64,000 nucleotides of DNA from Nymphaea colorata (Eukaryota). Positions 30,019-41,932 of the stretch are shown here, in pieces. Both the position numbers and the translations under genes were made by a program. Below the pieces are notes generated by a model, which saw only the letters and a list, made by a program, of their open reading frames with translations, did not search any database and was not told the origin of the DNA. Every line of letters begins with the position of its first letter. The stretch's first letter is position 1. The stretch covers positions 5,518,001 to 5,582,000 of the forward strand of contig NC_045138.2 of assembly GCF_008831285.2 (NCBI RefSeq). The letters are read 5' to 3'.

Positions 30019-30430
30019 TAGGAATGTAAGTTAATCCAATTCAAACTGGATATATTACTGATCTCCTTCATAAAATTGGATATGGAAAAAAAAAATCTAA
30101 TGACCAAATTATATTGGATTTATGAAATGATATCCGAACGGATTCAGCTTTAAAAAAAAATATTCGATCAGATCCACAGCTGTATTTATATTCATTTGGA
30201 TAAATATCACATATCTAATATCGATCCATTTTGATAGTCAGTTCTTTAACATATTGAAAATGCAGTTTGGATTTGGTTTCAAAGATGGTTTCAGATTGGG
30301 CTTGTGAATTTAAAAATCATATTCAAACCATATTTGGATTGCTAATTCGGATGTCATATGATTTTTTTATTTGCAATTATATCTGCATTCAAATCCCAAA
30401 ATGAGAGCATTCATTGACATTACATTCCTA
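30019..30430. mobile_element. Related hAT-like MITE
   Basis: Perfect 11-bp TIR taggaatgtaa / ttacattccta; flanks gtgcacc / gtgcaac. Confidence 0.7.
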
Positions 30431-30884
30431 GTGCAACAACTTTTAATTAATTTTTATTCAGATCTTTCATATTTTTGTTAAAAACTGACTTTTCAATATC
30501 TTTGACCAATTCCATTAAATTGGTAGGTCGGCCAACTCAATTAATCAATAGCCGTGAAATTGGTTTAGAAATTGAATTTCACAACATTGTTAGGAATTAC
30601 ACTGGAAGGAAAAGTAAAAAGACTTTTCTCATATGGCGCAGCTATGTGACGAAAATGTTTATCACTCATTGACTCTATATATATACAGTTGAGGGGCACA
30701 ACACAGTTGGTTGGGCTGATATTGGTTGGGCTGATACGCATGCAGATCGCATTGTCGTCAATTGTTTTTTGAGTCAAAGGCGGTGCGTGGCCCCCTGCTA
30801 AAGGTGTTCTGTTAATATATTAGATTTAGGTCAGATATCCAGCCGAATATTTTTGAAAAAATAGGATACAGGCAAAAAAATAAT

Positions 30885-32400
30885 ATCTGCAACAACACGA
30901 TCATTATTATCTTCATTTTTTCTATCTTATTTTTTACTATTTATATTTTCTCCCAACAATTGAAAGCAATATTTTTTGATGTACCACTTCTTACTGCGGT
31001 TAAGACATAACATATTCTTGAAACTTGACCTTGATTTGCTTCCATTTTTATGTGTACATTTCTCTCTCTTGAATTTATTTTTCTCCCTTTTTTTAGTGAC
31101 AAATTCTAGACTTTTAGATTTTCTTCTCATCTATTCATTTAAAACACCAACCTTAACAAGCTTCATAAAAGTAATACTATTTGACATAGAGTTAGTGAGT
31201 GAGACCCAAAATGTCTCATATGAATCTAGTGGAGTGAGAAAAAACCAAGGTTCAAAAACTTCATCTTCAAATTTTAGACTCACGTCCAGCAATTGATTAA
31301 TAAGTCGTTGGAATTCATTCAAGCGATCGACAACAAAATTTCCTTATGCTTAACTTGCATCATCCATATTATTGCCGGTCTATGAAGCATGCAAACTTTC
31401 AAGTGAGGACCATAATGTCTTCAAATGCTTCTCATGCTGAACGTAATATAGACATTCTCATCAACAAATTATCGGATAAAATCATACACCTCCCCTCATG
31501 CTCAAACTTTCAATCTTCATTACTGATAGATTCTGGCTTTTGAGTTGTAAATATTAGAAGATGCATAATCTTCACAAACAAAAATCCATTCACTTTGTTT
31601 TTGTGTAGATTATAATTTGTGTCAATCGAACTAATCACCTGACTTGTGGTAATGATGTTTATTCTTGAACCAAAAGCTTCGATACCATTTACGTTGGGAA
31701 AAGCAGGCACAAACCAAATGATGAAGTTTTACAAACAATGGCAATGACTAAAAATACCTGTAAATAAGCATTTTTATTCTGTGCAAATAAACGAACAATA
31801 TTTCTTCCACCCGCACTCCCAAATAAAACTTTTATTAATTAAGAGATTTCAGTGGACGGGAACGTAACAACCAATGAAATAAAAGCAAACACCAAAAGAA
31901 GATAAATACTAATTTTCTACATGGAAATCCCACGAAAAAGTAAGAGATAAATGCCACAAGGTTGAGAGCAATCCGATAACAAAAAATCGACAGATCACCA
32001 CAAGGTAGATAGATCTCATGACAAAGTCATCTTTCTCTTGCCCCAATGGTCATAAAAAAGTGAAGAAAAAAGAACAATGAAGAACCTCACACAAGAAATT
32101 GAAGTTTTCTTTCCCTCTCTATTAATGCCTCTTGTTGCTTCGAGTCAGTGGAGAACATAAAAACCCCAAGCAATGAAGAAGAAAACCCCAAGCCAACACT
32201 CGCATAAAAACATCCTATCCCCTTTTTCTTCCCTCATCTATTTAAATTTTTGTAATTTCAATCCACAAAATTGTTGCTTATTTGCATGTTTTCAATGCTT
32301 TCCACTCAAGTACGAGTGAAAAAAAAAATGCCTTTTCACCTTCCACCTTGGTTTGGAAAGGATCCTCCAAAATGAGGTGATCCAAACTTAGAGTTCTGTT
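30885..32400 (-). mobile_element. Copia remnant (gag, PBS, LTR), paralogous to 13260-14750
   Basis: ORF 31131-31322 is gag-like; PBS-like gcttcgatacca at ~31676-31687 followed by the LTR end (c)gttggg. Confidence 0.75.
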
Positions 32401-33012
32401 AAAAATCGTTTTATATTACTACTACAAAACTACTTGTTCTCTGCTTTAGTTTTACCTGTCTGCGCTCAAAATTTGGCCAACGTGTGCCAATTTTATTTGA
32501 CGATTTCAAGTATGTTACCTTGTTTTCCTTCAAATTTTCTTATTGCTATTCATGCATCAACTTCAAATTTAAAAATGCATCACAAGCTGCTTTACCCCAC
32601 TTCTGTTGCTATTTATTCAGTTTGGGTGAGCAGGAGGGAACCCACCGCTGGGGTGAGAAGTTGAAATCTCTTCAACTTGACCCAGATGAACTTATGGTTA
32701 CTTCCCTCAACTCAGAGAGTAGTGTCCATGGTAGTTTCCTGACCAGAAAAGTAGCATCTACAAGAATTCAACGCGCAATTAAGTAAGATTTTACTGATCC
32801 ACTAATCCGACCAGCTACACTATGTTCCTTGAAACTCAGTACCTATTCAGACACCCCAACATGATCAATTAACATGCAACATCTAGAATTTTCCTTTTGT
32901 CTAACATTCTAATTTATTTTCACCACATTATTCATTTTGAATTGAACTGGAAAATTTGTTCAAAAAATGAAACCATAAACCTGCCATATCATCGGTAATG
33001 TTATTGCATACA

Positions 33013-33645
33013 CTAAAAACAAGTAACAAATAGAGGTGGGGAGGGAGACCTCAAAAGCACTCTAAGCGGAGTTGCTTTGGGCAGGGCTAGGCCATGTCCC
33101 TCGGTCATGTCAACTGGCTCATTCATGGGTGTAAACCATTCAAAGCTCTGCAGCAAGCGTGTCAAAGTTAGGTGAAGAACTTGCATGGCCATCCACCAGC
33201 CAATGCAGATCCTCCTTCCCGATCCAAATGGCAAGAACGCAAAGCCTTGACCACCAAAGCTGGTCATCTCACTGCCGCTGCTCAAGAACCTCTCTGGCTT
33301 GAACTCTTCTGGGTCTGTCCACAATGTCGGGTCGTGATGAATCTTCCATGCGTTAACAAAAAAGGTCGAGCCAACCGGCACATCGAACCCACCAAGTTGA
33401 ATGGGTTCCATTGACTCGTGTGGGAGCAAAAGTGGTGTCGCTGGGTATAGGCGCATTGACTCTTTGACTATGGCCTGCAAGTAAGGCAAGTTGTTGATGT
33501 CTGATTCGTCCACTTGTCGGTCTTTGCCCACGTGGCAGTCCAACTCATCTTGGGCCTTCTTTAAGATATGTGGGTTGTTTAGCAAAAGAGAGAGAGCCCA
33601 CTCAAGTGTGATTGCTGTGGCCTCCGTCCGGGTGACTACCAAAAC
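33013..33645 (-). CDS. CYP82-like P450 copy E, exon 2
   Basis: CAG acceptor at 33648-33646, phase 0; ESMR, KPERF, FGSGRRICIG; open to TAG at 33013; I-helix reads TRTEAT. Confidence 0.85.
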   Translation of the reverse strand, partial: VLVVTRTEATAITLEWALSLLLNNPHILKKAQDELDCHVGKDRQVDESDINNLPYLQAIVKESMRLYPATPLLLPHESMEPIQLGGFDVPVGSTFFVNAWKIHHDPTLWTDPEEFKPERFLSSGSEMTSFGGQGFAFLPFGSGRRICIGWWMAMQVLHLTLTRLLQSFEWFTPMNEPVDMTEGHGLALPKATPLRVLLRSPSPPLFVTCF

Positions 33646-35710
33646 CTGGAATAATTCAGGACAATGGAGGTTGGTGGTAAGTAGATCTATTGCCTTTACT
33701 GGTGCCCAGATCCTAGGCTGATCTAATGTCGCTTTTATGTACGACCAACAAACACTAGCTTTTTTCCATTATGTGAAAAAGAAGAATTGAGATCCTTAGT
33801 TTATATCCAAAACCATGTCTGATGTCCGATAGGAGTAGGGTGTGACATAATGTTTGTGGACCTTTCAGATACAAGACTATCAAATGCCCCTTAAATATAA
33901 AATACAAGAACATGCCTGGATTAAAATTGGAAGAGGGTCTGATATTAAATCCATAGTCTCAAATCATGAGGATCCATCGATCTCAAATCTTGAAAATTTA
34001 AAATTAGAGAGAATCAAACGTCCTTATGGTTGTGTTTGATAGCATCGGATCTAAGATTCGAGACTACATAAAAAGGTGTGCTTTGGGATCTCAATAGCAT
34101 AAATTTAATTCATACTACATGTTAACAATCATGAATTGGGGAGAGGGGGAGGGGGTATCCGATCTTAAATTCAGATCCTAGGGATATAAGATCACAAAGG
34201 ATCTCAAATCCATGGTGCAATAAAGACAACCTATATTTTTTCACTTTATTTATGGACCATATATAAGGTAGTGGATCAAAGGTTAATTCGATCGGTTTTG
34301 ATTTCAAAAGAAAATGAAAATCCATGTCTAAATGTGATTCCTGACTCGGCTAGAACGGATCCTTGAAATTGTACTCGGCGACGCTTGGGTCCAACCCAAA
34401 CTTTATCTGTTGATGAGGTTCAAAAAAGTTCGTCGGTTTGTAAAGTCCTCAAATTGTTTACTTAAACGATTAACATGGAGATGGAAGAAAGACATGAAAG
34501 AATTTCACAAAATTTTTAAAACTATGTTAAAAATTCAGCAATAATAGAAACTGCAGCTAGCATGCTCATATCGACAAAATACAAAAAAGTTTTTTTAATC
34601 GCTATAATAGAAAAGGTGCAAAAGATTATTTAGTGCTTGTTAAATATGTAAAAATTCAATTTGTTGAGTCAGTAAACTATATCTAGGCTTCAAGCTGCGG
34701 CAAGTGTAGCTGGTCAGACTGATAAATTGGTGAAAGTCTGATCGTGAGTTTGATTCCTGTAGATAAAATTGTGGTTCAAGGTTGAAGATGCACTGCCTTC
34801 ATGACAGGCTCAGCAACATATAGGTTGGGCCTATGCCAGCAACAAAATTTTTATACAGCCAAAAATTTTTGGTTCCACCCCTGAGGCTAGGAAACAACCT
34901 TGGACCTTAAAGGCAATGGGAACAAAAGAAAGTTTTGGCTTTTTGTGCTAAATTGACAGTAAATTGTATTTAAGCTTAATTTCCTTTCAAATCTTTATAT
35001 ATAAAAAACAAAGTCATTTAGATATAACTGATCATGCATTAATGTTATTGAAGTAGTAAAAAAAACAACTAATACAAATTAACAAATCAACTTACAAATA
35101 TTGTGGCCTTTTCCGAAAAAAATAGTTTTTTATTAGTAGTGCAAAACCTAAGGGTATTTTTAACAATATGAAACTTAAGGTTAGGTGACTTTTTCTTTTA
35201 ATTATTTTTAAGTATGTCTTAGAATTTTTTTTAAATACAAGTTACAAAATAAAAATATCAAACTTGGTAAGGATGATGATAGCTCGATGGAAAGAAATCT
35301 GGTGAATTAGTTGGCAAGTGATGACACAAGCTTAAATGACAAGAAAATGTTGAAAGTTATAAAAAGAATAAATTTAAATCACCACAAGAAACAAACAACA
35401 AAATCGGTTAGTAAGAAAAATCTGAAATATTAAATAAACATGGCGACCAAACCTTTCAAGAATAAACACGGTTCATCAAACTAAGTATCTTAGTGGAGAC
35501 CAAAGATCCATACTTAACATTTATGTTGAAAAATTAAAGGTTAGAGTTAAAATTGAAAGGGAAAAATCCGATCTTAAACCCATGGTTTTCAAGTCCTAAG
35601 AATCTGAAATCCAAAATAAGTATGTTATGTATTTTTTCTTTCTACTGTCAAAATCTCTCAAGTTTGTCGTTAGAAAATTCCCTACAAATGGCGGTTGACA
35701 ATAGCTTAGC

Positions 35711-36429
35711 ACAAAGGAAATCCAAGTAGGAATAGACATTACGATGACTATAGTAAAAAAGGACGATGGAAAAGAATTTGGAAATATAGACTAAAAAACA
35801 AAATAGAAGAAAAAGAATGGAAACACATAATATTAAATCTAGATAACACAAACAATATACTAATGTTATGACAAATCTGGAAAGCTGAAACGAGCCAGCA
35901 CATTACAGAAAGCAAAATAGAATTAAAAAATATACCAACGCATATTGAAAATTCATTTGTAGGAAACATATATTTGTGGCTTGCTCAGTTACCAAACTCT
36001 TCAAAAGAATCTTTACGAGCAGAAACTGATAGTAAATAAACAACAACAATGAATCCTTTAGACATATTAGAAAAATATTTAGGATCAATTAAAGCAAAAT
36101 TCTCACATTCGAATATCGAAAAAATAAATGAAGACAAAATTAAAATAACTGCTAGACAAACATACTGAATCTAACAATATGTGATATGTGTTATTTAGAA
36201 GAATATATAGAACTATTTAGTAAATATTATTATCAGACAAGTATAACTATATAAGAAAAACCAAGATATTTAGATCTATTCTTTTCAAAATTACCACCAG
36301 TAATATATGGACAAGTGATAAAAACATTTCAGGAAAATAAACCAAAGGAAGACACGTTAGGATCAAGAATAGAATTCATAAGGACATGGTTCAACACAAT
36401 GTGTGAAGAATATGTAAAATCGAAAAAAC
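35711..36429 (+). pseudogene. Inverted viral capsid-protein fragment
   Basis: Homologous to 1542-2253 and to the reverse complement of ~42295-43007 (LTICDMCYLEEY). Confidence 0.88.
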
Positions 36430-37003
36430 ATCAATACTTTAGTAAATTCGATTGTAAAAGTGGATTTTACCATCGAAAACTTGACGAGAAAAGTAAAAAA
36501 TGAACAACATTTACAGTAACTAATGGATTTTACGAATGGAACGTACTACCATTTGGATATAAAAATGCACCAAGAAGATTTCAAAACGTTATGGATCAAC
36601 AATTTAAAGGACTAAGGAATTGTATAATCTATATAGATGATATATTACTATTTAGCTATACGCAAGAAGACCATTACTAATTGTTAAATGAATTCATAAA
36701 CTATGCAACTAAAGTAGGAGTGACAATAAGCAAAAACAAAGCAGTAATTTGTAAAAAATAGATAGACTTTCTAGGTATAGAAATAGATAAAGCTGGAATA
36801 AAAATGCAGACACATATTATCCAGAAAATAGCACAAACTGAAGAATTAGATACAAAAAAGAAATTGCAGTCATTTTTAGGACTAGCAAATCAAGTCAGAG
36901 AATATATCCCTCATTTAGCTAAACACTATAAAACTTTACAAGAAAAACTAAAAAAGATAAACAACATTGTCGGACTGAAGAAGATAAACAACATATAAAT
37001 CAA
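36430..37003 (+). pseudogene. Inverted viral reverse-transcriptase fragment
   Basis: QYFSKFDCKSGFYH, WNVLPFGYKNAP, YIDDILLFS (36630-36656), KKLQSFLGL. Confidence 0.93.
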
Positions 37004-37350
37004 AAAATTTTACAGGAATTAGAACTAGTTTTAGAAAATAAAAAAAGAATAAGTAACCAACTAAATGACATTATAAGAAACATAAATCAGAAAAAACCTG
37101 AACTTCAAAAAATAGAACGAGAACCAGAAAAACTCTATATTTCAGACCAGATAGTCAAAAGAGAGATAAAATATTTGATGGCTATGTACAACCAGGATTT
37201 AGTAATAGGAAGAGTAATAACAGAGTCGTTGATATGAATAGAGTAGAATATGAAACTGGCTCTAAGAAAACATTTGTCTTCGGACAAAAATGCTGAATAA
37301 TTGAAACAAACTTAGATAGGAAATTTCTAGAATTAAACCAGAAAGACATG
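37004..37350 (+). pseudogene. Inverted viral ORF0 / CP N-terminus fragment
   Basis: Homologous to ~738-1085; retains CAG at 37193-37195 where the main copy has TAG, and retains the ATGA overlap. Confidence 0.88.
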
Positions 37351-38394
37351 AGGTAGAGTGAACATTATATTAGGAAGACAGTTTTAAAGAAAGAAATATC
37401 ACCAAAGATATTTCATTCTGTTCCTTTAATTGCTCTGATATATGCAAGAAAGATGGGATTGACTGAAGAAATGGGGCCTTTTCTTGGAGAAGAATTCCTT
37501 CATTTCTGGCAATAGTATTTCTTCTTGCTGTTGGGATTATGAGTTTACCATTTCTTTAGTCAATCTCATCTTTATTGCATAAATGGTTGGTATGGCAGCA
37601 TATATTCTTAAAAAAATAAGTGGTGCCTTTGTTATTTTTAGATAACGTTTAGCTACTTTGCATAATTCTAGAATTTCTTCCAGTTCCTTGGCATTACTGG
37701 TGTATACAATATGCAGTAATCCATAACTGTGTACCATTTTTTACTAGATTTGGATTTGTATTTGGATAGACTATCATTTTATTTATTCCTGGATATGGGA
37801 TGGTGGTATAGCCTTTCCCTAATACTGTATTCTTTTCTCTGTGATTTTTGTTTAGGAAATCATAAACTTTCTTTAGGTTTCTTAGGTAATTATTTACTAT
37901 TATGGTTTTCTATTTTCTCTTTTTGGATAGTTTCTAAATACGTTTGTGTCTGAGGTGGAGTGAACAGATTGGTTTTGACTGACATGTTTGTTTTCTGAAA
38001 TCTCTAGTTTAGGTTGACATTTTTAAATCTCGGTTTGAAAGATATACTGGGTTCTTCTTGGTTTCTAACTTCTATGGTCTTTGGTTCTGAAATTTTTAAT
38101 GGGACTTCTGGGATTTCTGGGATTTTTATCAAAGGTTCTATTTTGGCTTTCCATTTTTAGTAGTTCTTTCACTTGGTTTTGTAGTATTGCTAGTTGGGTT
38201 TGCTGTTCTTCTAGCTCCATTCTTACTAGCTGCACAAATAAGCAATTGGTGTTATTGAGAGACTTGGCTTGTAGCCGCAACTCAAATTATGTGTGTATTG
38301 TGATGGTTAGTCTTTTAATCACTTTTGAAAAGTGACCATCCTTCAACGGATTTGATTCGTCTTTACCAGGAGCCATTTGCTCTGGACTAGCCAT
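37351..38394 (-). pseudogene. Viral transactivator/viroplasmin (TAV/P6-like), 3-prime truncated
   Basis: Follows Pol; starts MASPEQMAPGK, has a coiled-coil segment and YGLLHIVYT..ELCKVAKRYLKITK..FLRIY, which resembles solendovirus ORF4 as I recall it. Confidence 0.7.
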
Positions 38395-38495
38395 ATTCTC
38401 TTCCACTTTCAGTGGTTATTGGTGAATATGAGTACCAATGTGTGTGGTTTGTGCTAATTAGTCTATATATCTGGTAGCATTTTCTCCTTCTGCTG

Positions 38496-40397
38496 TTATT
38501 TTACATTCCTTGATAAATAGTCTGCATAACAATTTTCGTTAGTCTTGATTACTTCGATATCAAAATCAAATAACTTTATGTTGTTGACTAGCCTCCTGAT
38601 TTCTTTCTTTAGAAATGAATTTTCTAGTTTAGCATTTAGCCAATATTTTACCTGTGTATTATCTGTTCTAACTTTAAATTTTGTATAGACTACATATATT
38701 TCGAAATGTAATAATGCATAATATAATCCTAACAGTTCTTTTCTATTAATCTCCCATTTTATTTCATTTTCTTTAAAACTTCCTGAATGATATCGACAAA
38801 GTTACTCATTTTTCTCATTAACATATTTATATTTCAATACTGATCCGTAGTTAAATTCTAAAGCATCTTTTTCGATGATTCATATAAATGGTTTTTGTTC
38901 GTTAGGGAATTCTAATTTAGGTAGATTTTTACAAACTGTTTTTATTTGATTTATATGTTGTTTATCTTCTTCAGTCCAATAATATTTTCTATCCTTTTTT
39001 AATTTTTCTTGTAAAGTTTTACAATGTTTAGCTAAATGAGGGATATATTCTCTGACTTGATTTACTAGTCCTAAAAATGACTGTAATTTTTTTTTTGTAT
39101 CTAATTCTTCAGTTGGTGCTATTTTCTGGATAATATGTCTGTATTTTTATTCCAGCTTTATTTATTTCTATACCTAAAAAGTCTATCTGTTTTTTACAAA
39201 TTACTGCTTTTTTATTGCTTATTGCCACTCCAACTTTAGTTGCATAGTTTATGAATTCATTTAACAATTCGTAATGGTCTCCTTGCGTATGGCTAAATAG
39301 TAATATATCATATATATAGATTATACAATTCCTTAGTCTTTTAAATTGTTGTTCCATAAAGTTTTGAAATCTTCTTGATGCATTTTTATATCCAAATGGT
39401 AGTACGTTCCATTCGTAAAATCCATTAGGTACGGTAAATGTTATTAATTTTTTACTTTCCTCTTCGAGTTTTAGATGGTAAAATCCACTTTTACAATTGA
39501 ATTTATTAAATTATTGATATCTTGATATTTGTTTTAATTTTAATATTTTGTTTGGTATAGGATAATTATATGTTTTTACCTTATCGTTTAGGTTTCTATA
39601 GTCTACGACCATTCTAGTCTTTCCTCGTTTTTGTTCACTATGTTTATTTACAATAAATGCTGGACTACTATGTTTTGAGTTTGATTTTTGGATGTAATTT
39701 CCTTTCAGTAGTTAATTTATATGTATATCGAATTCCGTCATCAGGTATATATTTTAGTGGTGGTTGAGTTATTATACTGTCTTCTTTTATTAATTCTATC
39801 TTAACAATAGTTTTATGTTTTTCCCAATGTCGTAATGGGTTTTCAGAATATAATTCTGCAAGTCTTTGTTCTATATTTTCTAACTCGTTTATTTCATACA
39901 TATTTATGGTGATGGTATTTATTTTTTCTCGTGTCATCCTCTGTGTTAGTTTACTATCTCCTTTAATCCATGTTGTTTGTTTTCGTTCATTATTATTTAC
40001 TATTAGAGCATTTATTTTTTCTCCACAAGGTGTTGTTAATATTAAATATTTGTTTGTTATGTTTATTGGTAGATAACCATTTAGGAATGGTCTTCCTAAT
40101 ATAATATCTTTGTTATGTAATTCAAATGCATATATTCTGTTGATCTTGATTATCTTCTTTCAAATTTGTACATTAACATTTTCTGCTTTATAGTTTATTG
40201 TAGCCTTGGCTCCATTAAATCCTCTAACCTTTAGTGGATTATCTAATTTTTCCCATATATTGTCTGGTAAACAGTTTTTTTTGCATAAATTTATCTGTGC
40301 TCCTGTGTTTATGTAGGCAGTGTAATATCGGTTATTATATCATCTTGGTATGACTTTGATTAGTGTATATATAAAATTTATTTTTATTAATGTTCAT
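38496..40397 (-). pseudogene. Viral Pol: aspartic protease, RT and RNase H (~634 codons, disrupted)
   Basis: YNRYYTAYINTGAQINLC; SSPAFIVNKHSEQKRGKTRMVVDYRNLN; YIYDILLFS (catalytic D lost); CRYHSGSF, KVRTDN, NCYADYLSR. Confidence 0.95.
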
Positions 40398-40708
40398 TCC
40401 TCCTCACTTGTCTCTTCATCACTATAAGTTTTTCTTCCAAAAGCTTGGTGGGACGTATGTGCTATTCTTTTATCCTTTTTATTCTAATAGGTCATAATTT
40501 TCCATTCGGCTACTGCTCTGGTTCTTAGGTATGTAAAAAATTCTCTTCTATAGTCTTTAAATTTTCTTCTTGTCACCCCATTTCCTAGTTTCCCTATAAA
40601 TTTAAGAACATATATATATATATATATTCTAAATAATTTTCCTGTTCTTTTTCGCACAAAGTTTTTAGTTTGGTTATTATATACCTTTACACTTGTAGTT
40701 AGAAACAT
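40394..40708 (-). pseudogene. Viral small ORF X3 (~104 aa, basic with acidic tail SDEETSEEE), function unknown
   Basis: ATG overlaps the X2 stop; one internal TAG; its TGA overlaps the Pol ATG (ATGA). Confidence 0.6.
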
Positions 40709-40934
40709 TCTGATTCGTCGTATGATATATCTGACATTGTTTCATCCGAATCTAGGTTTCTTATTTCTCTCAACCATCTTTCATGTACTTTATGTATCAG
40801 TTTATCAATGAATTGTCTTACTATAAACATCTTTCTTAGCCAAATATTCCATTTACTTCATATAACAACTATTTGTCTTATGTCTTTCAGTTTATTGGAG
40901 TTATATACGTTAGACATTTTCTTAGTTTTATCAT
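40699..40934 (-). pseudogene. Viral small ORF X2 (~78 aa, Trp-rich, acidic tail), function unknown
   Basis: Best read at 3622-3858 (+): MIKLRKCLTYITPIN*KDIRQIVVI*SKWNIWLRKMF...DSDETMSDISYDESECF; both internal stops are one transition from TGG. Confidence 0.58.
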
Positions 40935-41231
40935 CCTTCCATTCTGTTTATTATATTTCTCCACATTATATCGTCATCATAATCGTTGTACCAATTTCTG
41001 TAGTCTGTTAAATCACTGTCATAACTATCATATTCATATTTTGTATATGCTGATTCTAATGCTAATCTTTTTTCTTCTATCTCGTTTCTAATATTGTTGA
41101 TAAACTTATATAGCATTAGATATACTTTGAATATTAGTTTTTTCTTTTCTTAGTCTTTTTTCTTCTACTGCTTTGTCTAAAGCATTTTTCATATCTTGTT
41201 CAAAATTTCTTTTACTTATTTGGCTAATCAT
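40931..41231 (-). pseudogene. Viral small ORF X1 (~100 aa, helical with Tyr/Asp-rich end), function unknown
   Basis: ATG overlaps the ORF2 stop; one frameshift in an A-run joins it to ORF 40931-41116; its TGA overlaps the X2 ATG. Confidence 0.6.
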
Positions 41232-41932
41232 CTAAGTTTCTAGGGATTATTATAGGTTTACCCAAGTGTTCAATTTCTAATACGTTTTTCTCTATTTTGA
41301 AATTTTTGTATTTGTTTAGTCATTTGTTCCCTAGTATGATTCCTGTTAGTTTATCGTTTCTAAGTGATTGTATCTCAAATTCTATTTCAAACATGTAGTC
41401 TGCTATCCTAATTTCTTTGCTGACTTTTCCCATATTTTTAATAATGTTCCCTTGGATATACTTGTACCTATGTTCACTTAGCAAAAAATATCATTGTTTA
41501 TCATATCTGGTGTAATATAATTATCTTCTGATCCTGTGTCTATTAAGATTTTCTTTATCATACTATTATGTTTCCTTTTATATGAAATTGTTTCATGGGG
41601 TTTTTTTTACTTTTAACTGTTTTAGTTCTTCATAGATTCCTTGTCTACTTATCAATGGTACTCTAGTTGTTTCTTTTGATAATCCTGTATGTTCTATATC
41701 TATTACACGTTCCCTTTGATTGATTATGTAATATTCTTTTTAACCATTGTTTTTATTACTGGTATTTTTCTTACAAATGGAAAATCAAATATTTTTTCGA
41801 TACTTATATCTAATTCTTGTTTTTCTATTTGTCTAAATATTTTTCTTCGAATATGACTCTTTGAATTGTATAATCTTTGGTTAATTCTTCCTGATATCTA
41901 ATATCTTGAGGTCTTTCTATTTTATCACTCAT
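41224..41932 (-). pseudogene. Viral ORF2: movement-protein N-terminus joined to an aspartic-protease-like domain; MP core missing
   Basis: MSDKIERPQD..LDISIEKIF..EYYIINQRE..VPLIS resembles solendovirus MP as recalled; followed by LIDTGSEDNYI (DTG at 41540-41532) and GIILGN. Confidence 0.72.

Larger units (their letters stand above)
31773..37981 (+). repeat. Segment duplicated at 57791-64000
   Basis: Near-identical sequence and ORFs at an offset of ~26.0 kb (32434/58452, 36315/62334, 37537/63556). Confidence 0.95.

Noticed and set aside
38280..38500. Extra ORF between Pol and TAV (NATRYI...SCGYKPSL frame)
   Set aside because: Several stops and no clear start; the alternative frame from ATG 38394 is the better TAV reading.
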